Shown here: piece after piece, positions 1-11,772 of the stretch | Layout: each line of letters opens with the position of its first letter | How positions within the stretch are numbered: position 1 is the stretch's first letter | Source of the DNA: Paraspadella gotoi | Lineage: Eukaryota; Animalia; Chaetognatha | Length of the DNA stretch: 64,000 bases | Reading direction: 5' to 3' | Assembly: GCA_051294375.1 (NCBI GenBank) | Contig: CM119263.1 | Location: 18,004,628 to 18,068,627 of the forward strand | Position numbers and translations under genes: made by a program | The notes under the pieces: generated by a model | The model's input: only the letters and a program-made list of their open reading frames with translations | Databases searched by the model: none | What the model was told of the DNA's origin: nothing

Positions 1-1221
1 AATCCTTCCGGGTGAGAAAAAAAATTAAGGGTAAACGAAATAGTAAGAATAATATCTTTTTAAAATATTTTTATTTCTTCATACAGGCGATTTTCACTTC
101 CTTCACGTCGCCGAAGAGATGGAAGAACATTTTCAACTTCAAGAGAAAAGAGAACTCCGACAGATTGGGAAACTGAGGCATAAGGTGTTTAATTTTCCAA
201 TTTGGAATAATGATATTGAATTGACCTACTGCGGAAAGGATATGAAGGAAAATGTGTGTCGAATCGCTTCCCTCTTCAATGGTTTATTGGCACGCCGCCT
301 CCCAGGTCCTGACGACTGGTTCCGCAAAGACTGGGAATCTCTTCCGCCTTCGATTCGACGAATTCGACAAAATCGCCTCCATCACCTGTTTCTCTCAGTC
401 GCCCATTGAAGTTGACAACCTGGCGCAGCTACACGGACTGCATCAGGCGAGTCGAGATGTAGGAGTTGGTTTCTTGGAGACGATATTACAATATATTATT
501 AGTGCTGGCTGTTCGGAGCAGAAGTTTATTTGACGGAACAAAAGGAAAATAGGGACTCACAACGCTTCCCGCACAACGTTTGACTTTCAGGCGATTATGA
601 ACGACATCTTCCGTCGTTTCGACGCCGGCTTGGTCGACGATCTCTTCGAGTATTTTCGTCGCCCTGAAATGCTTCCCCTTTATCACGACAGGTGGCGAAA
701 ACACAATTTACTTAATATAAATAAAATAAAACAAATATACGAGGACCAATGAATAAACTTCAGGAAAGAAATTAACCTCATGTCAGTCTCTTCACATCCC
801 TTTTTTCATCATTGCCGGAAACTCGGCTTTTATACTTCATCCAGATTTTGCTCTCTTCGCGCGGACATGCGGCGTCTCTTTCGCGACTTCCGATGTCACG
901 AGGGTGACACCCTCATCCAAAACGCGGTTTCTTTGTCTGACGCCATTCGAAGAGCCACGACGGAAGTATGCTTTATCACTACATTTAATCATTATTTGTT
1001 CCGGTCAATAAGACGATGAACCCTTCCCCCTTCCAAAGGCCCACATCCTCGGCGGAAAAAAATTGAACCCCTCGGATCTGCTCAAGATTCAGCAGCAGTT
1101 CGTCGAGGGAAAGATCAAGAGCATCTTGGAGGATCGCATCGTCGACTTTCTTCACTTCAACGCTAACCTTCTTCCGATGTTCGCCATGCCTGGAATGCCT
1201 TCCAGTCACACCACGCTTTAA
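1..1221 (+). CDS. CFAP61: Cilia- and flagella-associated protein 61, 3' portion (exons ~1-11, 87-184, 306-446, 591-691, 845-965, 1039-1221)
   Basis: Spliced translation ILPGDFHFLHVA...VLTTGSAKTGNLFRLRFDEFDKIASITCFSQSPIEVDNLAQLHGLHQ/AIMNDIFRRFDAGLVDDLFEYFRRPEMLPLYHDR/FCSLR...DRIVDFLHFNANLLPMFAMPGM matches the recalled CFAP61 C-terminus (TGSAK.G.YFR...ITC.S...RFD.GL..DL..YF...HDRF...DYLHYN..HLPMYA.PG). Splice phases are consistent; one GC-AG intron at 447. Confidence 0.85.
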
Positions 1222-2594
1222 CAGATGGGAGAAACACACCGAGAAGAAAGAAAAGTTTTTTCAGCAATTTTTTTTCTTATTAGCCCAGGTTTAATTTTGT
1301 CAAACGTCCAACTCTAACAGAAGATACCTTAGATTTCCAAGTGTATGTAGTTCGTTAAGTCGTAATCTTAATCAGTAATATCTATGTAACACTAGTTAAG
1401 ATTTTTAAGCAGAAAATAGTGTCAATGTAGCACTTTGTATCGAGTCAATATTATTTCTTTCACTGTGATAGCCAAAATAAATGTTGTTTCAATTTTAGCT
1501 GTGTCCTTTGCAATAAGTATTTTGAAAGCCCAAGTAGGAGAAATAAAATGACGTGAAAAGAAGAAGTATTAAGAAAAAGTGATGGCGAGAGAAAATGGGC
1601 ACCATAATCCCCTAAAAACTATAGGGGGGTATTTCTCTCACTCAAGCTTTACTATCTTTACTCCTTACTCTCCTTTGGCTTTGCTCCACTCTCTCCTTTG
1701 CTCTTCTCTTTTCCTGCTTCCTCGCATCCCTATTCTCTCCAAAGCCAGTATTTCATATTCCACTTAATTAATGACAAATGTCAGCAAAAAAAATAAATAA
1801 AAATACTCGCGTAGCAAAAAGCGAAAAAAGATGAGCAGGGCAGTTTTTTTTGGTTTTTTTTCGCGAGCGCGAAAGCAAGCTAAATGGAGGGGGAGTACAG
1901 GTACGAAAAGCGACAGGGTAATGGACCTCAAGGGCATGAGAGCGTGAAAATTCATGACTTCTTTATTCTCTGTTGTAGAAACATTAAAATATATATTATA
2001 TAACATACTTAACAAATTTTCTTGGTTAATCGGAGTTATTTTATAATATATTCTATTAAATATTCTCTATAAGATATGTTTATCGGAAAAAATCACTTCT
2101 CTTAAACGGGTCAGAATCGGAAATAACAAAACCCAATCCCAGTTGTTAAATAAAGTTGTGGTTATCTGTCTGATTAAACAATTCAGAACGAGCCTCTCTA
2201 AGAATAAAAAGGCAGTTGGGTTAATTTCGATACAGAATTTTAAAGCTTTTTTTTATCAAATTCTTCGATTTTAAATAATTCTGAGGATTATCTCAACAAA
2301 TAATAGGTTAATTAAAAGAGTATTGATTTATTTTTCGAACGATATATCATAATACAAAAGATACTCTCTACAACAAATATGGCACAAGGATAAACAAGGT
2401 CGGTTTCACCTCAAAAGAGCAATAGAAAGTTTAATTGCCAGATTAAAAAAATACAGAATTTTAAAATTTTTTTTTCGGATTTGGCTTTCAAAGATAAAGT
2501 AGGATATGGGAATCTAAGAATATTTCCGATACGAAATTGTCTCATGGAGGATTTTTCTGAGGTCTTGATTCACCGTGCGCCTCCCTTTCAACTC

Positions 2595-5500
2595 TTAAGA
2601 AGCGTCGACGCGGCTCATGAGTTCTTCGCAAATTTTCGTCAACTCTTCATTCTCGTTATTCTTTTCCTCTACCGCCTTTTCCAGTTTCGAGACCTGACAG
2701 AGAGAGAGAGAGAGACCCCATTTTATAATACCAAGTTATCTTGTAGATGAGATGAAGTCCTTAGCCCATAATAGCCTGCCCAAAGTCGAGGGGAGGGCAA
2801 AATAGCTTATGGAAAGAATGGATAATTTTATATTGGCTGTACTTAAGTACAAAACCAAACAAAAACATTTTCAAAAAACGGAAAGTGTAAAGAGCCACGC
2901 CCACCTTGAGCTCTGACAGTTTTAACGAGGCCTTATACTTGGCCGATTCAGCCTCGTTCCTTCGTTTCTCTTCGGCGATGGCTTGGTTCGCCTCCTCAAG
3001 CTTCGCCTCCGCGTGTTCCTTCAGCGCGGAATATCGGTTGTTTTGCTTAACCAGCCTAAGTGAAGATTTAGTAGTTAGTACTAATTCGTTTACAATTTTC
3101 GACGATAAATTAAACTTTATAAGCGAGATTCATACTTTTAGAAACTTAATATAATTGCCATAAATATTATAAATATTAATTTGAAATGGATTAGGCCGAC
3201 AAAATTTCTAACAGCTCTCACTTGGTTTGAAATTCCTCGGCGCATTTTTTCAACGCTTCCTCGTTGCTTTGAAATCCTTGTATCAACTCTCTCGCTTTGT
3301 CGTATCTGAAAAATAAAAATAATAAGATTGATTTTACGACCTTAGTTAAAATCAAAAAAGGATTTGCCCAAATCTCTCCCAATCTCAATTATGACACAAC
3401 ACAACAGCTTCTTAATCCCATTCATTCTCAAAAAAGATCCGAACCAACCTCTTGTACAAATCGCTGAAGGACCGTTCGACGGAGGCGACGTCATCCGCCA
3501 ACGCCTGACGCTCTTTCTCGGCCTCCTCCTTCTCGACGGCTCGCTCCGCAGCCGCCTTTTCTCTCTCAAGGATGAGACTTTGAATCGTCACCTCGAATTC
3601 TTTCACGACAGACTCCATTTGGATCTGAGAGGGAAAAGGGATCATGGGGGAGGTTCGGTTTAAAGTATTAATTGTAGCGAACTGAAATAGTCCGTTCATT
3701 ATGAATATAAACATGATAAATACTACATGAGTCATGACAGAGGGAAAGAGACCACAGAGATACATGGTGAAAATTTAACAAGCGCCGGTAAAAAAACTCA
3801 TTTGCAAACCCATAGAGATTTTTTCAATGTTAAATATAAATTTAAAAGTAAAACCCAAACTATTTATATATACAAATTTTATCAGAATTGACTTTGATAT
3901 GCCGCAGGAAGATGGATTTGAAAATTGTCTAGTTTTTAAACTCACTTTTTTTAGATTTGATTTTTTCCCTTTTTCTCTAAGTTTTTTTTAAAAATTTGAA
4001 ATAAAATAGTATTAATATTATATTCTGCAAGCCCTTTCAAATCTAAAGAGAATGACGTCCTTACGAATACTGTTGTATAAAAAATAACCGGCCCAACTTT
4101 AATTTAATTATGACACGCAAAAACGAAACATCTTTCAAAAAATCAAACTGGAGGGTAAATTTAAGATTTTTATCAAGATTTTTATCCTTTCTTTTTCGTT
4201 GTCTTTTTAATATTAGAAAAAGTAAAGTGTTTAGGAAATTGTTACAACATTTTTTTATTTAAGATACGGACATGTTTCGGCTTGTTCAGTAAAAAAAGAG
4301 GAGTGTGAGAGAAAGAGAGAGAGGGTAAAAGTTTTAAATTTTTGCATTTCGTCTATTTAACAATAATCCCTCACCAGTCACCACCACAGCCTTTCCCTTA
4401 ATCCCAAACATCCAACCCTCTACTTGACTTGACTTGACAGGCGTTCGTCCTATGAGGGATTGCCTCACTCTTAATGCTGTCGTCGTATGTGCCTAGCTCA
4501 ATTGGATCTATCGAGCTCTAGCCCACAAATTTCACTTTACTCTCACACTCTTAAAGACTCTAGCTGTATCATGTTTAGTTAACATGTGCTGAGCCTCCTC
4601 GCACGTTTTCCTATGCCTACTGATATAGTGAGGACTAAATTCTTTTCCACAAATACATTTCCTTTTTGACGAGTCCTTGGCTCTACCACCACAAACTTTG
4701 CTATGATTCATCAAGTTTGCCTCTTGTTGAAAAGACTCATCGCACTTAGTACAAATAAAAGACAATAAAAGACTTCGTGCATTCGCTTCCTATGCGTTGC
4801 TAGTCCCGCCCTAGACTTGCATTCCTTGTTGCAGTATGAGCAAACCAGGAGGCTCATACTCACCGTCTCATACTCACCGTCCTCGCTTCAGATTCGTCCC
4901 TCTCCTTCTCCCTCCTCTTCCCCGCCTCCTTCAACTCCCTCTCTTTCTCCTTCCATTTCTTCTTCTCATCTTCCAACTCTTTCTCCTTCTGCAAAATCCG
5001 CGATTGAAAGTCGAGTTCCGTTTGACGAAGTTTCGCCTCTAATTCCGCGACGCGAGCCGAAGGCGCCTCCACCTCCGGAACGACGAGACGCTAAAAAAAA
5101 GAAGTCAAAAGTAAATGTTGAATTACAATTATGATTTCGGCTTTCAATTCTCGGCTCACCGTCGAAGTCGGCGTCCGCGCGGGACTTCCGGACAAAAGAT
5201 CGACTCCTGATTGAGCGGAGTCTGCATCGGAATTTCGAACGCGGGCCAAATTGTTGGGCTTTCTGGCGCTCAGCTTTACCGCTTGATCCTGAGCGTAAAA
5301 TAATGTATTAAAAAGTTATTAATGTAACTGAAGCCGTGATCTTTAAACGGTACAACATGGATTTTAACTTACCCGCTCTTTCCTAATCGTTCCCTTCTCA
5401 CCCTTACCCTATGCTTCGCAGGCGGAGTCCCGATTAAAATCATGCTCTCCCGAGGAGGACTCGAGTCCCCGCCGCTGCTCTGCTGCCCGACCCTCCTCGG

Positions 5501-8500
5501 CGGCGGCGGGGGCGGCGGCGCCATTTCGTCCTGTTTCACTACTCGGGATTCGATGGCGCGGCTGAGAAGTGGATCGAATTTGACGTAAAGGGAATCTCGC
5601 GCCAACGAAGACTGAGAGATTGAGAAGCGTTGGTTGACACCGCGGTTGGCGAGGGAATCTAGGGCAGAGGGGTCGCTGAAAAAGGAGTAGGGGGAGGCAA
5701 GGGAGGCGGGAATAATAAAGTATTATGGCAACAGCCGGGTTGCCTGTGATGCCCATTGGGATGGAGCATCTCACTGTTGGCTTTGGCGGCTTCCAACCTC
5801 CTGTCACTGGCGCGGTTACCCAAGGTCGGTCTCGTTTTGCCAACGCAGAGGAAAGTCGTTAGGACTGTGGATGGAACACAACGCCTGGGATGGTGCGTTC
5901 CCCCTCTGAGGCAATGGGATTAGCTGAACGACGCTGGACGTGAGGCGGTGTGAATATACCGCCACAGTATGATACAAAAGAAAATTATATATATAACAAA
6001 ATGAATTAATTATCACTAAGACTATTGCACGAACCCACGATGTTTGAATTAATATTATACGATAGATTCGTTATCAAAAGAATATCTTAACGAAAAGTAA
6101 GCAATCTTAAAATTCCCAATTTACTTAGAATTAGATCTAGAAAGATAAAACATATATAAAATTTAATATATTTATTAACGAACCAGAAAAAGTTTTCGGC
6201 GGGTTGAAATTCCTCGGTTAAACCAAAGTCATCGCCTTCCTTGACTTTCTCAGTCGGCTTCTCTTTCGGTTCATCTGCCATCGTCGTCTTAATAATCGCC
6301 GAGGACGACGCCGACAACGCCGCCGTCGCTGGCGCCGTCGCTGGCGCCGCCGATTCGATGATCTGCACGTCCTCAAAGATATCGAGATTGCCGGACTGTT
6401 GCATGGCTTTCCTCTTGGCTTCCATCATCTCTCTCATCTTGCTCTTTCCCGCCGCTTTTTTCTTTCGTTTTTCGATCGTTGGCTTTTGGACAGAAGCGGA
6501 ATTTTCTTTGTCCTCGTCACGAATTTTGTCCTTTTCCTTCTTTTCTTGGTCCTCGACGCGAATTTTGTCCTGCGTCTTTTCCTTCTTTTCTTCATTCACC
6601 GCTTTGTCCTTTTCTGTTTCCTCTATTCTTTTGCTTTTTTCTTCTGCTTTTTCTTTTGTTTCTTTTGTTTTTTCTTTTTCTTCCTCCTTTTCTCGCGAAT
6701 TCAATGAGGAAGTCATTTTAACCGGACTGTTGGCGATGCCTCCTTTTGAAACAAAAGGATCGACGTCTTCAGCCAATAATGAATCTAGATTATAACTCCC
6801 TCGTGTAATATGAACATTTTCATCTTCCATTGGCACTTCCACAGATTCTGGGGTTGAGTTATCAATTTTTACTTCAGGAGTTTTGACCTTTTTTTCCGGC
6901 AGCTTCCTCGATTTGGTTAATTTTTCGGGCACGATTGCTTTTATCTCCTCAGAAGAGGATTGTTCTTTAGCAGGACTATTAGGGATGCCTCCTTCAGAAA
7001 TAAACAAGTTTACATCTTCTGCCAGCAAAGCATCTAAATTATAACTTCCTCGTTTAATTTGAATGTTATCCTCTATCGGTTCTTCAATAGGGACTGCGCA
7101 AGAGTTATCATTCATAATTTGCGGAACTGGATCATTCAGAAAAACATTGACCATTTTGTCCTGAAGCTTTGGCGACTGGGCCTTTTCTTCGGTTACAATG
7201 TTTTTACTCTTTGAAAAGATAGTTTGCTCAAAATTGTGAACAGGACTGTTTGGAATGCCACCTTTGGAAACAAAGGGATTCTCGTCTCCAGCCAGTAATG
7301 CATCTAAATTATAACTTCCTTGTTGAATAAGAACATTTTCATCTTCTTTAGGCTCTTCCAAATGCTCTAGCTTTTTAGGAGAAGCTTCTTTGATCTTTTT
7401 ATCCAGAACTTCCCGAGCCTTCACCTCTTTTTCCATCACAATTGCTTCCTTATTTTCTGTTACGATTGTTTGATCAACTTTAACAGGACTCGTCACTCTT
7501 TGTTCAGGAACAATGTCTTCATGAACATTTTTTGCAGGACTATTAGCAATGCCACCTTTGGAAACAAAGGGATTATTGTCTCCAGTCAGTAATGCATCCA
7601 AATTATAACTTCCTCTTTTAAGTTGATATTCATCTTCCTTTGGTTCTTCCATGGGCACTGCATTAAAATCTTTGTGAGGAGAGACATTTTGGACTACTAC
7701 GTCCTGCGACTTTGCTTTTTTCCCCGTCAAAATCACATTTTTATCTTCCATAAAATTTTCTTGATTGCCTGTAGAAGAATTATTTGCTTTTAGAGAGATT
7801 GTTTCATAAACTTTTTTAACAGGACTATTAGCAATGACACCTTTGGAAACAATTGGGTTTACGTCTTCAGCCTGGGAAGCATCTAAATTGTAATTGTAAG
7901 CGAGTTGATTTTGTATATTATTATCATCGTTTGATTCTTCCATATGCACAATGCTCGCGTTATAATTTTCAATGTATGAAAGGGCTTCAACCATCGTACC
8001 GGGTAATTCGTCAGACTTGGATTTTTTTTCGGGACCAATCTCTTCCTTTTTCTTCAGAGAGTTAAATTCTTTAACTTCTTTAGGAGGGCTATTTGCAATG
8101 CCTCCTTTGGAAATAAAGGGATTTATATCTTCTGACATAAACGCATCAAAATTATAACTCCGGCGTGAAATAAGAACATTTTCTTCTGACGGTTTCATTT
8201 GTTCTGCGCTGAAGTTATCATGACTGCTCAGTGCAACTTCATGGGCCTTGTCACCATGTTCAGGAGTGATAGATTTATCAATTGTTATCGAAGGACTGTT
8301 TAGAGGGCTTCCCTTTGAAACATCCTCTGCAGGGAAAGCATTTAAACAACAGCTCCCAGGTGTAATTTGCGCAGTTTCGTCTTCTAGCAGCTTTTTGTTT
8401 ACATCTATGCAGGAGTTTACATCTTCAATGTTAGAAATATGGTTTTTCAAAGAAGATGCTTCTTTGTTCTGTCCATCTGGAAGTTCCTGTGACTCGGATT

Positions 8501-10231
8501 CCTTATTAGGAACAATATCTTCCCTGCTTATTGGTTTAACAGGACTATTGGCGATGCCTCCATTGGTAACAAACGGGTTAATATCTTGTGCCATTAACGC
8601 ATTATAATTCCCGCCTTGACTTGGTGCATTTTCCATCGAGTCTTCTATTAGGAATTTTTCAGAGTTACTATCTTCAACTTGGTAGTCTGAAGAAGAAAAC
8701 TCTTTTAGTTGCCTGTCCGGTCCATCAATCACTACGTTTATGTCTTCAGAGGACGGGGCATCGAAATTACAATTCCCTTTTTCAAATAGGAAGCTTGTAG
8801 TTAGGGAAGTCTCTTCTTTTCTAGAAGCCATCAAATCGTTTTCCTCATTACATGGAATTACATTTTCTAAACAGGAAATCTCTTTGGCATTTTCTTTCTC
8901 GGGAGCCAGCTCCGTCGTTTCCTCACTTTTATTAAGATCCTGTGCAATGTTTTGTTCGTCTTCGGTTGGGCATTCGGAGACGATTTCTTCATAAACAAAT
9001 GAGTTTTCCTCTTTGGAGAGCGTGTCGTTTGAGTTGTAACTTCCTTGTATTACAGGGGTATTTTTAATGTATGAGGAATTTCCAACTTCAGCTTCGATGG
9101 TTTGTTCGTTTAACAAATATTTATTATCTAAAGAAAATGTTTCGTTAAATTTCCCGTCATCCTGACTCAATTCTGCTTTTTCATTTACGACATCTTCAAT
9201 TACGTTGGAGTCATTTCGTTGCTCGTCAAGATAATATCCTATTTCCTCCTCTTTCTCTTCCTTACGAGAATTTTCTTCGGTTTCCACAGGTAAATCTTCA
9301 ACAGCCTTGTCTTCCTCCATCATCAAACTCATCGAAGGCATCTTCTCCAACTGCTTCATCAATGATTCCTTCAAGGTGTTGTTCCTTCCCTCCAAAATCA
9401 TTTTCGCGAAGTCGGGCGTCGCCGACCGCGACGAGTCTGAGCTCGAGTAGGCGGAGGCCGTCGACGCCGCAGACAAAGCGGTCGACGAACCCGTCATCAC
9501 GGCCGCGACTTCATTGGAGACCAGATCCTCTTCTGTTGGCGATGAAGGCCGACTGGAGGCGTCGACGAACGCATTGTCGTCGCCGATCGTGTTAACGGAC
9601 GAATTGGACAAGTGAAACTGAGAATCTGTAAAATATTTGTAGTTTGGATTAAAATAAGATTAATTTTACAAAAATTTTAGCTCAAAAAACCAACAACCCC
9701 TTTTAAAACTCGCCCGGTCTCTTGGAAAGCGACGCCGGTTTCGGAGGTAGAGAAAACGTCGCCGACTTCGTCGTCGAGCCGGCGTTTTCGTCGTCGGCAT
9801 CGAAATCCGGCGCCGCTTTGTCCAAAACTTGGTCGTCGCGTCCAGGCCGCGGAGACGCCGCCTCGGAGAGAGACGCCAAGATGTTGACGTGATTGTCGAG
9901 GGAATGAAGGGGGGATGAGAGGGCAGAACGTGGGGACGGGGGAGCTTGAAGACCAGAGGCGGGTTCGACGGAGGCGTCGGGGAAAAGATGTGGAGCTACG
10001 TTGGAGGCGACGGTGGAAGAGACAACTGGTTTTTTCGGAGTGATTAGCGATAAGCCTGAAGGAAAGAATGGTAAGCAACGGGGCAACAAGCGGCTCATGC
10101 GACATTCGAATACGATCAAATCAAGACTTACCGCCCATAAAACTGGAGAGGGCGTCTAGGGTCACGTTTGAATAAATCGGGGGAGAGTCGTCCTCTTCGT
10201 TGCAGTCGTAGAAGTCGTCGTCTTCTAACAT
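2595..10231 (-). CDS. TACC: Transforming acidic coiled-coil (TACC) protein; exons approx. 10231-10132, 10055-9714, 9625-6184, 5675-5408, 5288-5160, 5090-4878, 3624-3449, 3305-3221, 3054-2906, 2693-2595
   Basis: FFCDPSALD...LARDSLYVKFDPLL (Aurora-A/clathrin motif of TACC3) followed by a C-terminal TACC coiled coil: VVKEFEVTI...VERSFSDLYKRYDK...NEEALKKC...RYSALKEHAEAKLEEAN...LEKAVEEKNNENEELTKICEELM. Confidence 0.95.
4240..4325 (-). mobile_element. Remnant of Penelope-type pseudo-LTR with partly deleted hammerhead motif
   Basis: Minus strand reads (TC)n...CTGAACAAGCCGAAACATGTCCG, the same GAAACATGTC end and TC-rich neighbour as the intact copies at 53511 and 54151. Confidence 0.5.
4422..4845 (-). 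mobile_element. 5'-truncated non-LTR retrotransposon 3' end (RTE-like) in TACC intron
   Basis: Minus strand encodes CSYCNKECKSRAGLATHRKRMH (RTE-type C-terminal C2H2 finger), then CTKC..H..C and CICG..H..C fingers after a frameshift, a short 3' UTR and a (CAAGT)3 tail at 4422-4438. Confidence 0.7.
6719..8620 (-). repeat. Coding repeats in TACC exon 3 (SDP-like GSYNLD..E.NPFVSKGGIANSP), 7 clear copies plus degenerate ones
   Basis: Directly visible in the 1174-aa ORF, e.g. RGSYNLDALLTGDNNPFVSKGGIANSP, QGSYNLDALLAGDENPFVSKGGIPNSP, RGSYNLDSLLAEDVDPFVSKGGIANSP. Confidence 0.9.
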
Positions 10232-10603
10232 TTTTTGTCTTTAGTTCCTTTTCTGAGGCTTAAATTAAAAATATAAGCGCTGACAATGGAAACTTGGTTA
10301 ACAAAAAGTAAGATTAAATCGAAAACAGCACGGTATTCCTTTCAATTAGTTTTTGAAATTTTTATAACTTTTTTTCACTTAATTAAATAATTAAATCAGG
10401 CAGATATCTGCGGATCGAAAGAATTACCAAAAACGTCAAAAAAAATTCAGAAACGAAATGACTGAATTGTAACAAATGATAAAAAATGATCCCAAAGCAA
10501 AGGAAAAATCGCTGTAAAAAACGTTAAAAAATTCAAATGATAAAATTGCTGTAGTTATCGGATTTCCGTTGAAACGAAACAATCGTCAGTTAAAAAAAAC
10601 AAA

Positions 10604-10721
10604 TTTGAAATTTGATAATAGACCCGTGGACCAACGATCCAGTTTGGCCCAGACTGGATCGTTGGTTCACGGGTCCAGACGAGACTTTCCTCAAATTTGC
10701 GCCTCGAAATTCAAATTTGAA
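10604..10721. promoter_or_regulatory. Candidate TACC promoter with CHR (TTTGAA) and E2F-like sites
   Basis: TTTGAA at 10604, palindromic TTCAAATTTGAA at 10710-10721 and TTTGCGCC at 10696, 370-490 bp upstream of the TACC ATG. Short motifs in AT-rich DNA, so support is modest. Confidence 0.45.
10621..10675. repeat. 55-bp GC-rich near-perfect inverted repeat
   Basis: GACCCGTGGACCAACGATCCAGTTTGG-C-CCAGACTGGATCGTTGGTTCACGGGTC: 27-bp arms with 2 mismatches. Confidence 0.9.
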
Positions 10722-11157
10722 CGGAATTCGATCGACCGAGATTAAAGCGAAAGAAGAGAAGCTCGTTTTGAGTCAAAGAGAGAAGGAAGAGCAAAGAAAA
10801 GGCTTTGGCTGCGGAGGAAAAGAATTAGAAAATGCAGCGGCGTCGGCTGCGGAGAGAGAGGCAGCTGGCGCGGCGCTGCCGGCGCTGCCGCTGAGAGAGA
10901 AAAAAAGAGTTTTCCGAAAGAGATTTTGAGCTTTGAGTTTTTGACTATTTTGTGTTTTTGACTAATACTTTTACAAACGTTTTTGTAATTTGTATGATGG
11001 ACGACTAATGTTTAAACGAAATTATAACTAATAATTTTTCAACTTGCATAATTTGTTTATAATATTGAATGATAAATAATTTTGAATCTGAAGAGAGAAA
11101 CATAATTTCTGGGTATTAACGGAATTAACCGCAAAAAAAAAAAAACTAAAAAAAACA

Positions 11158-11570
11158 AAAACTGCCAGGTCTGTAAGCACAAGAATCAAAGAGCACAGGT
11201 CAGCTGACTCAGCAATCCAAAAAGGTTAAGGTAATTAACTTGAAAAATCAGACAGTAATCATGACTAAAACTAACAAACAGAAAAAACGGCTACAGTACG
11301 ACTTGAAAATCCGAGAATCCATTGAAATTCGCCGCTAGAACAGTGGACCAGGACACGGCCTCAACGAGGACTGGGCACTGGGGAGCCAACATCCGCAACT
11401 CTGCTTGGAATCCTGTTTTCCATTCTATGTCATAATTTTGTTAATATAATGCTTATGGGGGCGCCACCCTTTATTGCGTCTGTCAAATCTGTTGTCTTAC
11501 CTTGACCTTATCTGACCATTATTCTCTAAGTTATTCTCTCCCTCTCTTTCTCTCTTTTTCAATTCACAGT
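11158..11570 (+). mobile_element. Penelope-like element fragment (GIY-YIG endonuclease C-terminus, disrupted)
   Basis: KTARSVSTRIKEHRSADSAI...LKIRESIEIRR*NSGPGHGLNEDW matches the Penelope GIY-YIG pattern T.R....R..EH ... E...I ... LN.D; contains an in-frame stop and is followed by a TC-rich tract. Confidence 0.75.
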
Positions 11571-11772
11571 AAACCTCATAAGGAGATTTCATTTACTATT
11601 AAAAAGAAAACTATTTTTCGAGAGATTATTTTTTTCATTGAAAGTAAATAATTTAAATAATACATTGAACATTGAAGTCCCCACGTTCGAATGTGACTCA
11701 ACTTGTTCGCTCCAACTCGACTCGTCGCCTTCGCCGCCTCCGTCCCTCCGATAACTTCCCGCCCGCACCCTC

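Noticed and set aside
5847-5860. GAGGAAAGTC resembling RNase P/MRP CR-I
   Set aside because: No convincing CR-V/P4 partner or other conserved regions.
6241-6795. Plus-strand Ser/Phe-rich ORFs here and at 14130, 41474 and similar
   Set aside because: Antisense shadows of Lys/Glu-rich minus-strand exons.
6719-8620. Repeat-spacer pattern superficially like a CRISPR array
   Set aside because: These are in-frame coding repeats with long variable spacers in a eukaryotic exon; no cas genes.
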